Origin: Vermamoeba vermiformis
Taxonomy: Eukaryota
NCBI GenBank assembly: GCA_045837725.1
Contig: JBEWZL010000163.1
Span: 558,001 to 622,000 of the forward strand
Length of the DNA stretch: 64,000 nucleotides
Direction: 5' to 3'
The notes beneath the pieces are model-generated. The model was given only the letters and a program-made list of their open reading frames with translations, did not search any database and had not been told where the DNA came from. A program made the position numbers and the translations under genes. This document shows, one piece after another, positions 11,502-25,517 of this stretch; the stretch's first letter is position 1, and each line of letters begins with the position of its first letter.

Positions 11502-14500
11502 ATGAGCTTAAAAAAGAAAGATAAGCCTGCCGGTAAGAAGGACCGAGGCTCTGATCGCAGGCACGGCTCTGGGCCTTCCTCTATGCAATTACCTGAACCA
11601 CCAAATCTCGAAGAAGAGCTCCGATCTATTTGGCACAAAGACGTTAATGATACACCTGTTTATAAGGATTTACCGCGATTAGCACGAAGAATAGTTATAT
11701 TGGGATCGCTAAAGCCCGTAGAATCGAAAGAAGAAGACGATAAAAAGAAAGAAGACAAAAAACCAAAGATAAATTCAGTAAAAATAGGAGCCACATTATT
11801 GGAGTATACTATATATCTAAACACATCGCCGATAACGTCTGCAAGGTAAATATTCAAAATGATTAAATTTCGATTGTATTTTCGAATTAATTTCTAATCC
11901 GCCTGCTTTATTCCCGAATCGTTCGATTAAGATCAATTTCAATAGGGCAGGGGACTGGCCTAAGACGTACAAAATATGCAAATTCAGAGTTTACTTCGAG
12001 ACCACAGAGAACAAGGATGTCATCTTAAAAATATTTGATCAAGATGAAGAAAATGGACAAGGTAAAGCCTTTATATATCAATACATTGTCCATAATAATA
12101 GCATTACTCGCTCATATTACCTAAGTGACGGCGACTAATAATGTGTTCACAGAAACAACGCTCAGTATGGGATCAATTTCTTGCCTCGCATCTGTTGAAG
12201 ATAGTAGTCGTTATTTTGTTCTTCAAAATGTTAAATATGACAATGAAGAAGGTACGCAAATGAATTCATATTCAATCGACCGAATCACGGGCGTTAAATT
12301 AGCAATGATTATTCAATACGAAATTTTTTATTATAGAGCCTCGTGATGTTGGTATGGCATTTTATACGCGTGAAGAAAGTGCAGAATTTAAAGAAATAGC
12401 TGAAAAACACTTCCAGATCCCTCTGTACGGTATGTATTTCGTGTTGTCATTAAATCAATCAAATTATTTGACACACGATTAATCGATTTAATTTTCGATT
12501 ACAACAGGCGTTAAAAAGGTATCCTCACCATCAAAATCACCAAAAGTCGTTCGAAAATCAGAGGCGGCAAGCGCTGCGAGCCACAGTAGCGGTATTGAAG
12601 AAAAAGTCATTCTTGAAACCGAAATTGATGAACTGGTAATGCTCTTATTATAATCTATATAATATTAGCAGTATTGTCCCTAATATTTGCATCAGGCCAC
12701 GGAAACACAAAAAGAATTGTCCTCGTTGGGTTCAATGCGCGGTCGAAATTCACGACAACTCGATACTTTGCGTGAAAAAGTCGGCAAAAGATTGAGTCAA
12801 ATGGGCACGGGCAATATTATTTACAAAGAAGAAGAGGACTCTGCTAGCAGCTTATCCAGCTCTTCTGCAAGCATTAAAAGACGATCACCGTCACCTCGTC
12901 CTACCGCACGGTCAGAACCACCAAAGCCAAATATTAAAGGTACTATTCATAGTTTAGTATTGTCATAACGACAAGCTGACTCTATCTTAGTGACTTCGCA
13001 ATCGGTGGACCTCGGTGGCACGCAAGCAAATGCCAATCACCACCCGCAAGAGCGAAGGTTGACAGTGAACAACGTTTCGGAGTTAGATGAGGCAAATAGC
13101 ATTCGGTTTGCCATTTACAAAGTGATCATGGGCGTTGCTAATCAAGTCGAGACGCCCGCTCAAGCCAAGAAAATTCAAGAAGGCATCGAAAAGCTGCTCG
13201 ACGCCAACTTCAGAGGCGAGATGGAGATCGTGCTGCAGAGCCTCTTTGAAACGGTAAGTGCCTTTTAAGAACATACCATGAGAGTGCGTGAGTACCCGGG
13301 GGCTTCCATATCTAGTGGCTTGAATTCGTGTCCAAAAACTGTTCGCACAAGGCCCCCTTAGCTTAGTGGTAGAGCGTTGGACTTCGAATCCAAAGGTCGC
13401 GGGTTCAAATCCCGCAGGGGGCTATCAATTTTTTTTGCCTTTCGGTTATCATCCTAAACGACCAATCACGTTGCAACCTCCTTTTTTTTTGTTTGTTGAA
13501 GAAATTAGATTACTAAAAGTGAGGGTATGATAATCAATTCCTTAATTGCGTCGATGGGGTGGGTGGTAACCCATCCAGTCGCAGCTGAGGCCCGCTGTTA
13601 ACCTCAGCCAACAGTGCGGTCTTAGCAATTTTGACGCAACGGTCGGCTTCCCATTTTTTCAAACCGACGGAGCATCAAGCACCTATGGCCGAGTTGGTCT
13701 AAGGCGTTAGACTCAAGTTCTAATGGGGGTAACTCCGCGTGGGTTCGAATCCCACTGGGTGCAAGCAATTAATTTTTTTTGCCTACGCTCACTCTGTTTT
13801 GTTGTTCTTGCTAATCCTATTGGGTGCAACCAAGACAATTTATTTTTTTTTGACCTCATGCGCTGTTTTTCTTCTTGCGAATACTATTTCTTCTTATCGT
13901 GACATTTTTTTGTTGCAACAAGGTGCGCGAAGCAATTTGGCTTCGCACACGACAGGTTGCAGCAATTTTGTCGCTCCTTCCTGGCGGCGCACGACGGGAG
14001 CGGCGCTGGTCCGTCAACAAGACAGCATGTCCGAGTGGTCTAAGGAGGATGACTAGAAATCATCTCATTAAGTATTTTTTTGAAACCAACGCCAGCTGGC
14101 CTAACGCAGTTAGGAACTTCTTTGCTTGGGTTTGCCTCCCAATGCATATGTTATTCGTGGTCTGTAGTGACCTGGTCACGTGCTCCCCGGCGAAGCAATC
14201 ATCTAACGGGTTCGTGGTGCACTTGGTAGCACGTCCGCTTAGCATGCGGGAGGTACGGGGATCGAAACCCTGCGAATCCAATTTCTTTTTTTTTTTTGCC
14301 TCCCTGTTCGTTCGTCCGCGCTCTCTTTGTTTTTCTTTAGAAAGCTTGCCTATTATTCCCCACAACCTTTTTAACTTTTTTTTACACCACTAACTTCTTG
14401 ATAGGTAATTGGCACCGACAGCAAGACGTGTCGAGTCTTCAAGGGTATTCATCAAGGCATCATTCACAGTTGCGCATATCAGTTGAAGGCTCGTGTCACC

Positions 14501-14800
14501 GGCACAGACATTATGACAGGTGATGTGCGCGGACCTGAAGGCTGGCAGATTGTTATTTTATTTGCCAACGACGTCATCTCCGTGTCACACCGAAGACGCG
14601 AGAAATCAATTGATTTGACTGGACCGAAGGACAAGTTCTGGTTCGAGTGGGTCTTGCACATGACATTTGACAAGGACTGCAGAGACTTGAGTGCTGCCGT
14701 GTTGAAATTAGTTGATTTGCAGATCAATCCTATCGTGCCTGAAGACGAACGAGAAAAAATCACGCAACGATTCTGTGGTGGAAGGTTGCTCATTGCTTAA
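11502..14800 (+). CDS. Protein with NECAP PHear-like N-terminal domain and GlfB-like C-terminal domain; last intron hosts tRNA genes
   Basis: VEDSSRYFVL...VGMAFYTREESAEF resembles the NECAP PHear domain. Last exon 14405-14800 (DVRGPEGWQIVI...VSHRRREKS...FWFEWVLHMTFD) is in frame with the exon ending at 13253. Confidence 0.7.
13351..13424 (+). tRNA. tRNA-Arg (anticodon TCG)
   Basis: Full cloverleaf: acceptor GGCCCCC/GGGGGCT, anticodon arm TTGGA-CTTCGAA-TCCAA, T loop GGTTCAAATCC, downstream T-run terminator. Confidence 0.95.
13679..13763 (+). tRNA. tRNA-Leu (anticodon CAA), long variable arm
   Basis: Acceptor GCACCTA/TGGGTGC, TTAGA-CTCAAGT-TCTAA, GGTTCGAATCC, downstream T-run. Confidence 0.95.
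14021..14064 (+). pseudogene. 5' half of tRNA-Ser (anticodon AGA); variable arm, T arm and 3' acceptor strand missing
   Basis: GACAGCA-TG-TCCGAGTGGTCTAAGGA-G-GATGA-CTAGAAA-TCATC, then unrelated sequence and a T-run at about 14075. Confidence 0.75.
14208..14280 (+). tRNA. tRNA-Ala (anticodon AGC)
   Basis: Acceptor GGGTTCG/CGAATCC with G3-U70, TCCGC-TTAGCAT-GCGGG, eukaryotic Ala-type T loop GATCGAAAC, downstream T-run. Confidence 0.93.
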
Positions 14801-15002
14801 AAACACAGACCCACGTATAATATTTATTTATAATCTATTCCCTTGTTTCGATATAACCTGTTACTATTGTACAATAAATTTAACCGAAGAGGCGAAATAT
14901 TTCAAATTTAAATTTTCTTCGCTTTATTTTACAAGTTGTTCTTCGCGCTAAACTATTCACATTATAATACAAGACGACTATATTATAACACTCGCTATTA
15001 TT

Positions 15003-17885
<2,883 letters not shown>

Positions 17886-18369
17886 GACAAAATTACGAAG
17901 AGCTTTATGGTCTTTTGTTGTCTGTTTGAGAAGGGAAAGAAATTTGATTCGCTGAGAAATTTTGTTGGTCAACAAAAAGTCAACGGGTCTTCGAAGCCGA
18001 TGTAGATGTTGTGTGAGGACTGTTTAGCAGAATAGGTAAGATCATCGAAATTATTATCTGCCCCTCGATTTGAAATGTATGCCGTAAGAGATCTCAAATC
18101 CGAATCTGGTACAAGACCGTCTCGCAACCGAAGCCATGTGGTGAAATATTTTCGACGAACGGTTCGCTACGCACAAAAGTTCTTTCTTTGGAATTCTGGT
18201 GAGACTTGATCGAGAATTCCGATCTCTGCACGTGGTTGCAAGCATCCAAGCTAAGCACTAAATTCCTTGCTCGCTGAATGCCTGTTACAGTTCACTATCA
18301 GAACATTGCCATAGAGTGAACAGGGCCATTTCATACTCAAATCATACTAGAAACAGCTCACGCAGCTTA

Positions 18370-20090
18370 ATGAGCAAAGAACTCATAATACGAGTTATTA
18401 ACGCGACAGACGTGCTTATACCCTTGGCATCACCCAGGTAATAATTAAAAATCGGGAAATTAACCGGTTAACTAAATTAAAAAAATTATTACCACCTATT
18501 TCTTGACTTCATTTATATAACGAACGTGATCAATAATGCCGTCGAATAATTTTTTAAAAAGAATTCCACAGCATTATTTATTTTGCTCGTGACAATTATA
18601 ATCAATATTTTTTAGTTGCCATGTCGTGGTTAAATATGACGGCAAAGTAAAGAAGACGAAAACAATCCAAAGTCATCAGCCTAGGTGGGACCAAACCCTC
18701 ATTTTCGAACTAAACGAGCAACCTCAACCGCTCGCCTTTCGGTTCATGGTAATTCTGAAATACGTCTGAGTGAAATGTGTAATTAACGTATATGAGTAGG
18801 AATCGACCTCTGAAATATGCTCGTTCAAAATTGAGTTCAATAACGAGCTATTGAACGAAGAAGAAAAAACCTTCAGATATAAGTTCGCTGAAAGTAGCGA
18901 GATCTACTTAGGCCTGAAGGTCTTGGACACGTCTATCCACGAAAATACTCAAATAGATGAAGAAGAGTTGATCGATGCGCAAGAAGTGGTGACTTGGAGC
19001 CCGGATCTAACCACTTTACGAAGCGCTACAGAAGTCCGTTCAGAAAGACAAGAGGAGCCGAAAGAAGATACACTAGTCATTCCTGCCATATTTGGAAAAA
19101 TAGATTTATCGAGTATGAGATTGAAAGTCAAAATCATTGGAATTAAAGGAACGCTCGATCCCGGTCTGAGGTTTGGATCCATTCACAACAGAGAAACAAT
19201 AAAGTGTTTCTATAATACTTCCATTTTCTAGGAATTGCTTCGTAATGGTGAAGTATAACGGACGAAGAAAAAGAACGCCGATCAGTTTGGGAGTTGAGTC
19301 GCCGACTTGGAACCAAGACTTAACGTTCAATTTCGTCAAAGAGTACAGAACAATGGAGATTAGACTTTACGTACGTACATAATAACTCTTTTTATATGAG
19401 CGTAGTATTCAATGAACGATGGATAAAATACCAGTTCATTCGATCATGCGGATCTGGTTATTAAAATTCTTTGCTATTTTAAGAGATTAAGCTAATAGTG
19501 ATGTAGGATACTACGGGCAAAGGAAATATGGTCTCATCCGTCAAACAAGACTTTGAACTGACCTTAGAGCCCAAAGAGTACGAAGTCAAGTTGTCGGAGT
19601 TCACTCCACAAGCATTTGTCAAATTGACCGTGCAATTGGTACGTCAAACCTGCACTATAATTTGAGTCCTTATCCAAATGCATACCTGTTATTTATGCAT
19701 TACCTTCGCTGATTAATTTGTGTTTGTATTGGTATCTATCTAATTGTGTGTGTACGTTAGTTCGATCCCGATCGATTAGAGGCATCACGGGGCATTCATT
19801 GTGAGTCGGACGAAGAGTTCGGAGTGCCGAGCCAGCACGTGGGAGCTGCAAACAAGACAGGTTCTAAAACAACTTCGAACGGCTTGGAGAGGCGGAACTC
19901 TCGTACGGGCGTTGCTAGCGACGGTTGTTCTGATTGCGGTGATTGCGGTGATTGTGGTGACTGTGGTGATTGTGGTGGTTGTGATTGTGATTGCAAATAT
20001 TCAGTGCCTAAGTGCTCTGGTGGAGGTGGCTGTGGCTGCGGTGGATGTGGCTCCTGCGACAGCGATGATGATTGTTGTGTAATTTCTTGA
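18370..20090 (+). CDS. Double C2-like domain protein with Cys-rich tail and CaaX motif (CCVIS), paralogue 1
   Basis: MSKELIIRVINATDV, KKTKTIQSHQPRWDQTLIF, MRLKVKIIG...PTWNQDLTF; last exon ...DCGDCG...CCVIS stop. Confidence 0.75.
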
Positions 20091-20248
20091 TAGCAATAAA
20101 GCGTTATTTATAATAATATAGGATATAAATATAGAGCCGGCGCACGAACTGGTACAACGTTCGAGTCGTCTGGAAACCAAGAGAATCAGATTTGATCTTG
20201 AAAGAGAAAAGACACCACTAAAGAGCAGTAATTATGTCAGACCAATTA

Positions 20249-20470
20249 TCTCAGGGATTATTCAATGCAAATGAATTGTTGCGCGATAACCTGCCCGTGT
20301 CTCTTCACGCACTCCTGCCAACAAACAATTCAGTCGCAGATTCAACACAAGAAGTGCCCTGAAAAATAAGAAGAAATTAGATGAATCACTAATATTAATT
20401 TTTAAAGAAGGATCAGTCGGTAAGAGCATGAACAAAATTAGTGGTTAATTTTTGATAAATTATTTGGATC
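20249..20470 (+). pseudogene. Duplicated fragment of exon 1 and intron 1 of the gene at 22639, lacking the ATG
   Basis: Near-identical to about 22667-22890 (e.g. CGTGTCTCTTCACGCACTCCTGCCAACAAACAATTCAGTCGCAG...); CCACAAATGTTT is replaced by CCACTAAAGAG. Confidence 0.8.
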
Positions 20471-20637
20471 GTGTGCGATCTGCCATTAGCGGCAGAATGC
20501 ATACTTACCTTTGCTGAGTTATAATTCAATTTTAACAGGGTGCTAACAATTCATACTTAGTTCTGCGTTTGAAGTGTTGTGTTTTTAATTCTTGTTCTGC
20601 GCAACACAAACACAGCAGTACACTGAACAATTGGACG

Positions 20638-22499
20638 ATGAGTAAAGAGCTCTTCGTGCGAATAGTTAATGCTACAGACGTACTACTTACACTTGCGCCA
20701 CCGAGGTACGAACGGAATTCGTATACGAATGCATTTGATAATTGACCGCTTTTCAATCGATGAAATTACTTTAATTTAAACATAGCGTCATAATTATAGG
20801 GTAACCATATTATACTCATTATTACGGTTGCTATTTCATTTTTGACTATATTTTTAGTTTTTGCTGTCCACGTGCTAATTTCTCGATATTATTTTAGTTG
20901 CTACGTTGTGGTTAATTATGACGGCAAGCAAAAGAAAACGAAGACTATAGAGAGTCACTTTCCTACATGGAAGCAGACCCTCATTTTCGAACTAAACGAG
21001 CAACCTCAACCGCTCGCCTTTCGGTTCATGGTAATTCTGAAATACGTCCGAGTGAAATGTATAATTAACAACTATGATTAGGAATCGACCTCTGAAATAT
21101 GCTCGTTCAAAATTGAGTTCACTAACGAACAATTGAACGAAGAAAAATACTACAAATTTAAGTTCGCTGAAAGTAGCGAGATCTACTTGGCCCTGAGGAT
21201 TATCGACCCTAATTTCGGCTTTGATACTCAAATCGATGAAGAGAACTATATAGACGCCCAGCAACCTGTGGATTGGAGCCCAGATCTGACCACTTTACGA
21301 AGCGCTACAGAAATTGTAACAGACGGAAAAAGTGAATGCAAAAAAGAACAAAACCCCACGCCATCACTTCCTGATAGTAATCTGGATTTATCGAGCATGA
21401 GGATGAGAGTTAAAGTCATTGGGATTCTTGGAATGGTTGACTCGTATTTACGGTACAAAAATTAGGCGATTAATGGCGAATCGGATTAGCGCTAATTTTT
21501 CCTTTGCAGCGACTGTTGTATTATGGTCAAGTATAATCAGCGAAGGAAAAAGACGACGAGAAGTTTTGCACATACTTACACGCCGATGTGGAACGAAGAA
21601 TTTACGTTCAGATTCAATGAGGAGTACAGGTCTTTGGAAATCCGATTTTACGTAAGTAGTATATATAAATTGAAGACCCAATATAGATGAACTATGCCAA
21701 TTTTGGTGCATCCTAACCGAGGTCGATCTCTAGAACACAAATTACGGACGGCAGCAATTGGTCAAGTCCTTCAAGCTTGACTTCGACATTACCTTGGAGC
21801 CGAAAGAATACGAAGTGCTATTATTCGAAAATCCGCACAAGGCGTGGCTGGAGTACACAGTTAATTTGGTACGTACTGGAAAATTTCATTCTTTAAATAG
21901 TGGTCAAGGTATTAATATTAATATTACGTCCACTCTGTGTATATTAATCTGCTATAGCGACATTGTTAATCCTCAATCCTGAGTCGCTCGAAAAACTAGA
22001 TGTGGGATCAGGATCGAGTGATTTTTTGTTCGCTTCTTATGTTAGCTAAAATAACCATATTATTGACTTATTCATATCTCAGTTCGAAGATCCTGATAGA
22101 TTAGTCGAGTCTATGGGCTCCAGTTGTGAGTCGAATGCAGAGGTCCCGCAAAAAGCGAAGAAGAAAGTCATCAAGAAACACAATCGTCACACCGACGGTT
22201 CCAATCGATGCAAATATTGTGTCTGCCAATGCAGCAAGGATCACGGTTGCACTAGCTGTCCGCACTGTGATGGCTGCAAACAATGCGGATGTGCTTGTGC
22301 GTGCGATTGTGACGACGACGACGATGATGACAGCGACGGTTGTTCTGATTGCGGTGATTGCGGTGATTGTGGAGACTGTGGCGGTTGTAATTGTGATTGC
22401 AAGTGTTCAGCGCCTAAGTGCTCTGGTGGAGGGGGCTGTGGCTGCGGTGGTTGTGGCTCTTGCGACAGCTGCGATGATGATTGCTGTGTAATTGCTTGA
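20638..22499 (+). CDS. Double C2-like domain protein with longer Cys-rich tail and CaaX motif (CCVIA), paralogue 2
   Basis: Same exon structure as 18370-20090; extra block CKYCVCQCSKDHGCTSCPHCDGCKQCGCACACDC. Confidence 0.78.
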
Positions 22500-22638
22500 T
22501 TGCAATAAAGCGTTATGTAAGGTATATTATTTCAATATGATAATGTTATGGACCCTTGTGGAACCCGTTTGTCTACCTCGATCCGTTGAGCTCAGTTTGA
22601 AGCTGTAAATTTCGAAATCTGAAAAAGGAGCACCACAA

Positions 22639-25260
22639 ATGTTTACTAATATTGGTACTCGACTCTTCTCAGGGATTATTCGATGCAATAAGTTAGCGGC
22701 ACGATCATCTGCTCGTGTCTCTTCACGCACTCCTGCCAACAAACAATTCAGTCGCAGATTCAACACAAGAAGTGCCCTGAAAAATAAGGAGAAATTAGAT
22801 GACTCACAGAGATTAATTTTTAAAGAAGGATCGGTCGGTAAGAACATGAACAAAATTAGTGGTTAATTTTTGATAAATTCTTGGATCGCGTGCTTCCTCG
22901 TGTCATGTACAAATGCACCAAAATAAGCCATACACATTATTACTTATATTAATTTAAATAATTTTCGTATTAGATCCCTTGTCACGCCTAGGAAAATCTT
23001 TAGGCAAATGGATCTTGGGTGGTATTGTAGTTGGAGGCTTTGGCTATGGTTCTTCAATTACTGTCAACGAAATGTATAAGAATAGCATCGATGCAATTGC
23101 TAAGGGCGAAGACGTCTTGGTACGGATCGCAGATCTATTTCATGAATTCATTCAAATTTTCATTCGCTTCCAAATTCAATTTATTTCCATTAATAGCATA
23201 AATATTTCATAACAGTTTGCTAATTATAATATTTAGACTAATATTGCGATTATCAACAAACTGAACAATGTTACTCCGAACGGAGGTGCTCGTATTCACT
23301 TTTATGCAACACCTGAATTCGTTACAAGTTTGATCAACGCGCTGAATAACTCCGATGCAACTGAGGTAATAACATTCATACTTAATAAGACAATTACGAT
23401 TAATTTTACGTCTTTGCTCGGATGCGCTGATCTTGGTTTGACTACGCTAACGCTAAAAATTCTAATATAGTATGGACATGATACTGAAAGATTTTATTAT
23501 TATAGAATCGTCACGCTAAGATCGAAGCAGTCAAATTATTGTCAGCAATGTGCGACGTCAAAGCCACAGAAGGCCTGATACTGCGTCACTTAGACTTGAA
23601 ACAATTCATTCAAAATTTTGTGTACGATGGCAAGGCTAATGAAGTCATCGAGCCTGTAGCGTTGAACAGCAAAATTGAGTGGATCAATCAAATGGACAAG
23701 TACGTGCCTGAGCCGCAAGAGTCACTTGCAACACTCTCGCACAAATTTTTGAGCAAACTCGCTAATAATCGTAAGTCACATATTATACTAACTCTAACTA
23801 AATGATAATACGATTATAACGACTTAAGTTTATTTTAACAAGCGGATCTGCTATAATTTATAAATTTTGTTCAATTGATGGAACTGAGTTAAATTATGCT
23901 CTCTGGTCGCTAAAGTGTTTTTTTTTCAGCTAAAACACACGACGTATTCGTTCAGTCCGGCTATATTCCATATTTGGCAACTTTGCTCAAAGCCGACAAC
24001 AACCGCGACCGAAGAATTGCTATTGACACCATCGCTCAATTAACGAATTCAAGTACGTTTAATTATAGTTAATAATTATATTATAGTATTTTGCGTATTG
24101 ACATGTACCTTATAGCTGCTGCACGTGTTGAATTGGCAAAGACGGATGTGTTCCGCACTTTGAACAGCTATTTGTACGAGAGCGATGAATTGAAGACTTT
24201 GAAATATGACGGCAAAGATGAGACCCGCGCTACCATTCTCAACGCTAAATTGGCCATGCGACAGTTGTACTTGAGGTACAATCAACTTTGCAAAAATTTA
24301 TCCTTCTTTTAGTATGTACTAATATGGTAATATTTGTAGTGCTACAGCCTTGTACTATTTGAAGACGAATAATCCCGATTGGGAGAAGTGGATGACGTAT
24401 TCCAAGCACAAAGAAATCAGCGCGTTTAATGCCAGCGACGAACAGATCTCGGAAGTGATCTGGCAACAATGTACGATACAACAATTATAGACATATATAG
24501 CATTTATTGTTAAAATAACTAATGGGTCTATTTTTAGCTCGAGTCATTTTGACAGCTGGAGCTTTGGGTCTGATCTGGGGCACGATCTCAAAACGATTAG
24601 CGAGACCTTCACGAAGACACAGCCAGTACTTTAGAAAGGTAATATATACTATAAATAGACTAGCATAGTATTAATTATGTTCGTTATTTAATTTGGTTAC
24701 TAATGCTTCATTTTTAGGGAGGAGTTCCCGCAGCGCTTGGTGCGATGAGTTTGGTTGCTTTTTATCAATTTTATTTGTACGTACAGTAGTTAATATTAAT
24801 AATGAAACGATGGAGATCGTGTTAATAATGAATTTATGTATTTTTAGGTACTTTGAGGGCAAAGCAATTAGAACCTCAGCTATTCCAAACGATCCAATCT
24901 TGTATGACAGCATTAGGTACGTTCAACATACAACTACTATTCGAGAGATATTATGCAACATAGCATTCATAATTCGGAGCTTGTTGAGAAAGTTAGATCC
25001 GGATCGGATGTGCTTGACTAAACTTAGAGTATAATTGTAATGATGTTTGATTTAGACTATTCACCGTTATTATGGCTTCATATATGACCGCTGGTATTCC
25101 ACTCACTCCTTACGCACTGTTGCCCGCATTCGTCAGCATTCACAACTCGTCAAAATGGTACGTGTAAACTATTTGAAAGTTGGCAAACCGCTAATTTTAT
25201 TCTTATTGCTCTAGGGAGGAAGGTTATTATCGTTTAGTAAAGAAATTGCAATTGTTGTAA
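22639..25260 (+). CDS. Putative mitochondrial membrane protein with ARM-like helical region, multi-exon
   Basis: Arg/Ser-rich presequence-like N-terminus, TM segment (WILGGIVVGGFGYG), helical repeats (FVQSGYIPYLATLLK), hydrophobic C-terminal exons, stop at 25258-25260. Confidence 0.6.
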
Positions 25261-25517
25261 CATCTGTACCTGAAATTAAACTTTAAAATTAACGGCAATG
25301 CGATCTCCGATCTGGATCTGATCTTAATGGACTCGTGGTGGATTATTACCTAGTAATTATACTAAATATGTCAATTCTTTAGTAGCGGATTGTACTCCTT
25401 TGATTTCAAAAATAGAGGGTTAAAAATAGAACATTTTTAGGTTATTTTTGCAACGCGTAATTAACCGCATCACCACAACTGTCATTCCCTGTATTATACT
25501 AGTTACATTGTATTCTA

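Larger units (their letters stand above)
13254..14404 (+). other. Unusually long (1151 nt) spliceosomal intron containing a tRNA cluster
   Basis: Donor GTAAGT at 13254, branch point CACTAAC at 14388-14394, acceptor TAG at 14402-14404; phase-0 join keeps the frame (LFET|VIGTD). Confidence 0.8.

Noticed and set aside
13300..13332. Possible decayed tRNA-Glu 5' remnant (TCCATATCTAGTGGCTTGAATTCG)
   Set aside because: Too short and degenerate; no anticodon arm or T arm
13546..13660. Telomerase RNA interpretation of the structured spacer
   Set aside because: The layout is superficially similar, but there is no 1.5-repeat template for a plausible G-rich telomere repeat; TAACCC is buried in a hairpin
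13641..13676. SRP helix 8-like GGTCGG...ACGGAGCA
   Set aside because: Lacks the CAGG motif and GNRA tetraloop, and is interrupted by a T-run
13923..14064. Circularly permuted tRNA-Ser with the 3' half upstream
   Set aside because: No TTCRA T loop and no TGCTGTC acceptor strand in the upstream sequence
13739..14393. ORFs 13739-14056, 13875-14393 and 14060-14365
   Set aside because: They overlap tRNA genes and T-runs inside an intron, so they are likely spurious
19932..19992. Tandem GATTG(C/T)GGT repeats (also 22347-22400) as a CRISPR-like or satellite array
   Set aside because: 9-nt coding repeats for Asp-Cys-Gly with no spacers, in a eukaryotic context
20501..20510. ATACTTACCT, identical to the U1 snRNA 5' end
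   Set aside because: No U1 stem-loops or Sm site follow; it is simply the complement of a consensus splice donor
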